This document shows, in pieces, positions 26,924 to 31,894 of a stretch of 31,894 nt of DNA. Location of the stretch: the sequence record DRR723986_3475. One strand, given 5' to 3'. Made by a program: the position numbers and the translations under genes. The notes beneath the pieces were generated by a model that was not told the DNA's origin, did no database searches, and worked only from the letters and a program-made list of their open reading frames with translations. Every line of letters starts with the position of its first letter. The stretch's first letter is position 1.

Positions 26924-29900
26924 ATGAATACGTTTAAATCTTATATTTTATCTCTTGTAGTAGGTTTGATACTTATTCCAGATTTGGGATTTAGTCAGAC
27001 AATAACTATTGGTTCTGGTAACGCAACCAATGGTGTAACTACGGCTTCGCCAGTAAATATTTATTTCAGAAGGCAAGTAAGTCAGATGGTTTATACAGTT
27101 GCAGAGTTAAATGCTGCAGGAATTTCTGGAGCATCAACTATTAATGAAATAGGATTTTTTGTTTCGAATAAACCAATTTATGACATACCTGGTTACACAA
27201 TTTCTTTAAAACATACAAACGCTACGAATGCAGCTGGTAATTTAAACGGAGGATATACTACCGTAGTTAATTCGCACACCTTTTCTGGTGTTACAGGAGA
27301 TTGGAACATGATGACATGTGATAACCCGTTTAATTGGAATGGAACACAAAATATTGCAGTTCAAGTTTGCTGGTCGCAGGTAGCACCATCTTGGGATCCT
27401 TCAGGACAAGTTAGAGTAATAAATGCTACCAATGGATACAGATATAGAAGAAATGATAATGCCGGAAGTGCTTGTGGTAGCAACCCAAATCAAACTTTAA
27501 ATACGAAACCACAGATACGATTTGTCTTTGAAACTGAAACCGTTTGGTCTGGAGCATTTAGCACAGATTGGTTTAATCCAGCAAATTGGTCTGCTGATGT
27601 GCCTAATGAGGATATGGATGCTAGAATTCCAGTGGGAACACCAAATGATCCATCAATTGTAGGTTTGGCCACGTGTAATAACTTCACTTTAGAAGGGGCG
27701 CTGAATTTAAATGGAGCAAGTAGGCTAAATATTTATGGAGATATGCTCCAAAATGGAACCGTAAATGATGCCGGAGGTACAATTGCTTTTGTCGGACTTG
27801 GATCAAATACTCTAACCAATAATACTTCATTGGATTTAACTACTTTGAATTGTGAATCAAAAGGGGGGGTGACTTTTACCGGTAATCCAATTAATATTAT
27901 TACCTCGTTGGGAGTGCAAAAAAGTACCTTACAAACCAATAATTTAGTAACCATTAACTCAGATGCGGCCGGAACAGGTCGGATAGATGAGTTAATAACG
28001 AACTGTTTCTATACACTTACCATGACAGATACTTGGGGTGATGGTTGGAATGGTGGCTTCTTAGAAGTTTTTGAAGACGGAGTAAGTATCGGGACATATG
28101 CCGCTACTGACGCATCAGATACAGAGGTTTTAAGCCTAGGAAACGGTTCCACAATTGATTTTGTATATACTGCAGGGAGTTTCGAAAATGAAAACGCCTA
28201 CACGATAACAGATCCGGGTGGTTCAGTTATTTTTACTGATGGTGTAAATCCATCAACTGGAACTGTTTTTAGTACGGTACCTGCCTGTACATTTACAGAT
28301 CCAATTATAGGAACAGTAACCGTTGAAAGATACATTGACGCTGGCGAAACTTTTTGGAGATACTTAGGCTCAGCTGTTGTTGGGGCAGATATTGGACAGT
28401 TTAATGATGATTTTGCAACTTCTGGTTATCCCGGTTCTTGGTATCCGAATTTCGGATGGACATCTGTTTACTCTTATTTAGAATCTGCACCTGCTGGGGC
28501 TGGATATATCCCATGTTCAGGTATCTCGGATGTGATGATCCCAGGGCAAGGGTGGCAAGTTTGGAGTGGAGATACATCTACAGGTACGCAGCCGTTTACA
28601 ATTGATTTAACTGGAGTGCCAAACCAAGGAGATATTAATATGCCTGTAACATATACGCCTTCTGGGACGCCGACTGAGGATGGGTTTAATTTGGTGTCAA
28701 ACCCTTATGCTTCAACGATTGATTGGGACGATCCAGATTGGACCAAAACTAATATGGCAAATGCTACTTATATTCAAAACCCAGATAACCAGCAATATGC
28801 AACTTATGTTTCTGGAGCCTCAACAAATGGTGGATCAAGATATATCGCATCTGGCCAATCCTTTTGGGTACAGGCCTTTGCTGCAGCACCAGTCCTCACT
28901 GCTAGAGAAGGAGTTAAATCAAGTAATGACCAGGCATTTCTTAAAACCAATACAGTAGCCTCTCCAGGTATGAAAATTACCTTACAAGGGAATTCAGAAT
29001 TTGATGAGGCAATTTTAAGAACTATAGGCGGAGCTGTTGATGATTTTGAGCCGCAATGGGATGCCGAAAAATGGTTCGGTGGATGGGGACAATATCCTCA
29101 GGTTTCTTTAATTAATAATCAAATAAAAGATTTAACCGTCCATAGTTTTGACAATGGAAGCCAAGAAATGAGTATTCCAGTTAGAGCAATTGTGTTTCAA
29201 AATGGGATTTATAACATGGTGTTCAATAATATTTCAGAAATTGACGCGCCTTGCATGCAATTAGAAGACACTTATACGGGGCAGTACTATTTAATTGAAG
29301 AAGGTGTTGCCTTGCCTTTTGAAATGTCAGACACAACGTATGCTCCACGTTTCATTATTCATATTGGAAAGCAATATGAATCTGTCATAACGGATTTAAC
29401 TTGCCCTGAGGACCAAAGCGGTGAGATTTCATTGGATTTAGATATGAATTCAAACGTTGATTATACAATCACTTCAGGCGCAACTACTGTTAGCGGAAAT
29501 GCAAACGGAGACCCGCTAGTGATTGACAATTTAGCTTCAGGAATTTATTCAATTGAGGTACCTTCACTTGTGAATTCTTGCAACCAAACGGTGTTTAATT
29601 TTGTTATCAAACAACCAGCGCCAATAACAAGCAACGCTCAAGTTTCAGATGAAATGAATGGTTCGGATGGTGAAATTACTGTTAACCCTGTTGGCGGTAC
29701 AGCGCCATATCATTTTGTGTGGATGAATGGATCTAATCAGTCAAGTATTACCAATTTATCTGCTGGATCTTATGAGTTGACAGTGATTGATGCAAATGGT
29801 TGTGAGCTAAATGAAACCTATCTCGTGGATTCTCAATTAAGTGTTCAAGAAAGCACAGTTTCAGCTGAATTTACTTACCTAAGAGATCAACAGCAAATAA

Positions 29901-30085
29901 AAATAGCTGGATTTGATTTCAATACTGGTGTCATGATTAATTTATATGGGATAGATGGAAAGGTAATCAAGACCTATGAGGTAACCAATAATTTAGGCTA
30001 CTGCATATTGACTTTGCCATCAGATCTTGCCGCTGGAGTTTATTTCATTGGCAATGATGAAATGTCATACAAGTTTAATAAGTAG
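26924..30085 (+). CDS. Large secreted T9SS cargo protein (type A CTD, SprB-like repeat)
   Basis: Sec signal ending GFS-Q; SQMVYTVAEL module; WSGAFSTDWFNPANWS motif; FNLVSNPY.STIDW; GGTAPY..W.NG...L.AG.Y.LTV.DANGC (SprB-like); CTD-like LYGIDGKVI...LAAGVYFI...YKFNK. ATG 26924 preferred to TTG 26918. Confidence 0.82.
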   Translation: MNTFKSYILSLVVGLILIPDLGFSQTITIGSGNATNGVTTASPVNIYFRRQVSQMVYTVAELNAAGISGASTINEIGFFVSNKPIYDIPGYTISLKHTNATNAAGNLNGGYTTVVNSHTFSGVTGDWNMMTCDNPFNWNGTQNIAVQVCWSQVAPSWDPSGQVRVINATNGYRYRRNDNAGSACGSNPNQTLNTKPQIRFVFETETVWSGAFSTDWFNPANWSADVPNEDMDARIPVGTPNDPSIVGLATCNNFTLEGALNLNGASRLNIYGDMLQNGTVNDAGGTIAFVGLGSNTLTNNTSLDLTTLNCESKGGVTFTGNPINIITSLGVQKSTLQTNNLVTINSDAAGTGRIDELITNCFYTLTMTDTWGDGWNGGFLEVFEDGVSIGTYAATDASDTEVLSLGNGSTIDFVYTAGSFENENAYTITDPGGSVIFTDGVNPSTGTVFSTVPACTFTDPIIGTVTVERYIDAGETFWRYLGSAVVGADIGQFNDDFATSGYPGSWYPNFGWTSVYSYLESAPAGAGYIPCSGISDVMIPGQGWQVWSGDTSTGTQPFTIDLTGVPNQGDINMPVTYTPSGTPTEDGFNLVSNPYASTIDWDDPDWTKTNMANATYIQNPDNQQYATYVSGASTNGGSRYIASGQSFWVQAFAAAPVLTAREGVKSSNDQAFLKTNTVASPGMKITLQGNSEFDEAILRTIGGAVDDFEPQWDAEKWFGGWGQYPQVSLINNQIKDLTVHSFDNGSQEMSIPVRAIVFQNGIYNMVFNNISEIDAPCMQLEDTYTGQYYLIEEGVALPFEMSDTTYAPRFIIHIGKQYESVITDLTCPEDQSGEISLDLDMNSNVDYTITSGATTVSGNANGDPLVIDNLASGIYSIEVPSLVNSCNQTVFNFVIKQPAPITSNAQVSDEMNGSDGEITVNPVGGTAPYHFVWMNGSNQSSITNLSAGSYELTVIDANGCELNETYLVDSQLSVQESTVSAEFTYLRDQQQIKIAGFDFNTGVMINLYGIDGKVIKTYEVTNNLGYCILTLPSDLAAGVYFIGNDEMSYKFNK

Positions 30086-30427
30086 ATGGCTTACGACCTT
30101 TATCTTGAGGAGCGCATGACCCGCGTGCTCAAATCTAAAAAAATTGATTTCATTGCAAAAAAAATGATGGGAGGTTTGTGCTATATGGTTGATGAGAAAA
30201 TGTGTTTTGGTATTGTGAAAGATCAAATGATGGCACGCATTAATCCTGAGATTTATCAAGCGAGTTTACAAATTGACGGATGTAATGAAATGAATTTTAC
30301 CGGAAGAGCTATGAAGGGCTTTGTTTTCATAGATCCTGAAGCTATTGATAAGGAGGATGATTTAGAACATTGGATAGATTTGTGCCTAGAATTTAATCCC
30401 TTAGCAAAATCTAGTAAAAAGAAATAG
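30086..30427 (+). CDS. TfoX/Sxy N-terminal domain protein
   Basis: MAYD..L.ER, KKMMGGLCYMVD.KMCFG, M.FTGR.MKGFVFI, L..WI..CL.FN. Confidence 0.85.
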   Translation: MAYDLYLEERMTRVLKSKKIDFIAKKMMGGLCYMVDEKMCFGIVKDQMMARINPEIYQASLQIDGCNEMNFTGRAMKGFVFIDPEAIDKEDDLEHWIDLCLEFNPLAKSSKKK

Positions 30428-30430
30428 AGC

Positions 30431-31255
30431 TTACTTATAAGTGAAGACCTTGCGCTCCAGCATAATATTATTCTCATCATAGAATATCGCTTCAGTCATC
30501 AAGCCATCAATCGAATATCTCAGTTCAGTTCGTGTTTTTATCGACTTTAAAGATCCATCAGGTTCTTTTTCCTCATTGGTGAGCGTATTTTCAATTTTTA
30601 CTAAATGCCCTTTAGAGTCATAGGTGTATTCAATTACCTCGTTAAACCCAAAAAAGAAATTTGTTTTTTTTACTACTTCTCCATTTACAATTTCATGTTC
30701 GGTGTGTACACCAGGGTCTGAGAGATTCTCTTGGTCCAATCCTTTCTGTAATGGCTTAATAGCATATAAAACTGAGTCTTTGTAAACCACAGTGTCTAAT
30801 TCCACAGACCCCTGTCCTATATATTCCTTAGTACGAATATTTTCACGAGCAATTATATTCTCCTCGAAAACGAAATAGTGATAGAATGTGAAAATACGTT
30901 GGTTACGATTGTCAAAATCTGATCTTTCGTATCGATAAATTTTGTTTTCTTCATTGAATTCATATTTGCCTAGAGATTTTTTTCGATTTTCAACAACATA
31001 AAACTCAGAGTACTGAATATTAAAATTGATTTTCAAAGGATTAATTTTTCCTTTTCTATACGTTGATTTGGTTTCCTCAACAATTCCATGCTTATCACTA
31101 TTTCTGAGCGTGGATATCGTCATTTTAGATTTGTCTGATTTCATGAAAATATGTAGCGTACTTGACTTTAACGTGGCGTACAAATCAGATTCAAATTCTT
31201 GAGAAAATGAGAGAAAACACTGGGCAAATAGTAAAGTAAATAGTGCTTTGATCAC
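30431..31255 (-). CDS. Secreted hypothetical protein with YD-like beta-hairpin repeats
   Basis: Signal peptide ending SFS-Q; YEFNEENKI, EYTYDSKGHL, RYSIDGLM, FYDENN repeats; GTG start. Confidence 0.65.
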   Translation of the reverse strand: MIKALFTLLFAQCFLSFSQEFESDLYATLKSSTLHIFMKSDKSKMTISTLRNSDKHGIVEETKSTYRKGKINPLKINFNIQYSEFYVVENRKKSLGKYEFNEENKIYRYERSDFDNRNQRIFTFYHYFVFEENIIARENIRTKEYIGQGSVELDTVVYKDSVLYAIKPLQKGLDQENLSDPGVHTEHEIVNGEVVKKTNFFFGFNEVIEYTYDSKGHLVKIENTLTNEEKEPDGSLKSIKTRTELRYSIDGLMTEAIFYDENNIMLERKVFTYK

Positions 31256-31286
31256 GAAGTATAATTTAGTAACTATACAATATACT

Positions 31287-31320
31287 AAAAAATCCCCGCC
31301 TCAAATCATTGAGACGGGGA
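31287..31320 (-). terminator. Intrinsic terminator of groEL transcript
   Basis: Minus strand TCCCCGTCTCAA-TGAT-TTGAGGCGGGGA-TTTTTT: 12-bp stem with one G-U pair and a U6 tail. Confidence 0.85.
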
Positions 31321-31425
31321 CATTTATATAGTGTCGTTCCAATCTATCTTTGCTAAAAAGCATAAGGAAGATCAGATCGATTGATTAATTAAGCCCTAAT
31401 CGGAATTAGCAACTTAACTAAATTC

Positions 31426-31894
31426 TTACATCATTGGCATTCCGCCACCCATTCCGCCAGGCATAGCCATAGGGGCTTCATCCTCCGGTTGGTCTGCAAT
31501 CACAACTTCTGTTGTCAACAACATTGAAGCGATTGATGCTGCATTTTCAATTGCAATTCGAGTTACTTTAGTTGGGTCAATTACTCCAGCGTCCAGTAAT
31601 TTCTCGAATTTTTCAGTTCTTGCATTGTATCCGAAATCTGCTTTACCTTCAGCTACTTTCTGAACTATAACAGCTCCTTCACCACCTGCGTTTTGAACAA
31701 TTTGTCTTAACGGCTCTTCAACAGCTCTCTTTACAATGGCAATTCCTGTTGATTCATCCTCATTATCACCTTTAACCTTGTCTAAAGCTGAAATGGCACG
31801 AATTAAAGCAACACCACCACCAGGAACAATTCCTTCTTCTACAGCCGCTCTAGTAGCAGATAAAGCATCATCAACACGGTCTTTCTTTTCTTTC
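31426..31894 (-). CDS. groL: Chaperonin GroEL, 3' part (5' end outside the window; absent from ORF track)
   Basis: Minus-strand translation [33 protein letters not shown]...[27 protein letters not shown]...[12 protein letters not shown], stop TAA at 31428-31426. Confidence 0.97.
   Translation of the reverse strand, partial: KEKKDRVDDALSATRAAVEEGIVPGGGVALIRAISALDKVKGDNEDESTGIAIVKRAVEEPLRQIVQNAGGEGAVIVQKVAEGKADFGYNARTEKFEKLLDAGVIDPTKVTRIAIENAASIASMLLTTEVVIADQPEDEAPMAMPGGMGGGMPMM

Noticed and set aside
412-30480. Many short nested or antisense ORFs (e.g. 412-663, 1358-1636, 5383-5604, 11892-12152, 13371-13715, 28680-28958, 30256-30480)
   Set aside because: All lie within or across well-supported genes, show no recognisable motifs, and look like shadow frames.
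30431-31255. RHS toxin with TfoX_N as its immunity protein
   Set aside because: No RHS core or DPxG cleavage motif, the protein is too short, and the genes are convergent rather than co-transcribed.
31426-31470. CCGCCA/CCATT-type micro-repeats
   Set aside because: They simply encode the normal Gly-Gly-Met tail of GroEL.

Overview
AT-rich, densely coding bacterial DNA of Bacteroidota type (TAnnTTTG -7 promoter boxes, a T9SS-type C-terminal domain, lipoprotein signals, zapA-rny synteny). It is probably a Flavobacteriales genome, which is an inference. From left to right it holds: two tandem paralogous CotH-kinase-like/right-handed beta-helix proteins (the first cut by the window edge); a minus-strand operon of sensor kinase, OmpR-type regulator, CsaA and a DUF4920 lipoprotein; an atypical metallophosphoesterase lipoprotein; an LpxR-family outer-membrane protein; an M23 peptidase divergent from a zapB-like/zapA/rny operon; a ~13 kb Wzx/Wzy surface-polysaccharide locus (methyltransferase, FAD oxidoreductase, GT2, Wzx, Wzy, three GT-B enzymes of which two are duplicates, a Wzz-like gene, a WaaL-like ligase, and a WcfR/WcfS-like aminotransferase plus initiating transferase); a 1053-aa T9SS cargo protein; a TfoX_N protein; a secreted hypothetical; and the 3' end of groEL. 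The best leads are: (i) a possible surface glycan-kinase module (lipoprotein-CBM-CotH-beta-helix with His where the catalytic Asp is expected, plus a non-canonical phosphoesterase); (ii) a putative AATGal-containing, possibly zwitterionic, polysaccharide pathway; (iii) four LytTR-type boxes at exact 21-bp phasing upstream of the T9SS gene. No rRNA, tRNA, CRISPR array or mobile element was seen. Family assignments come from motif recognition by eye, not database searches.
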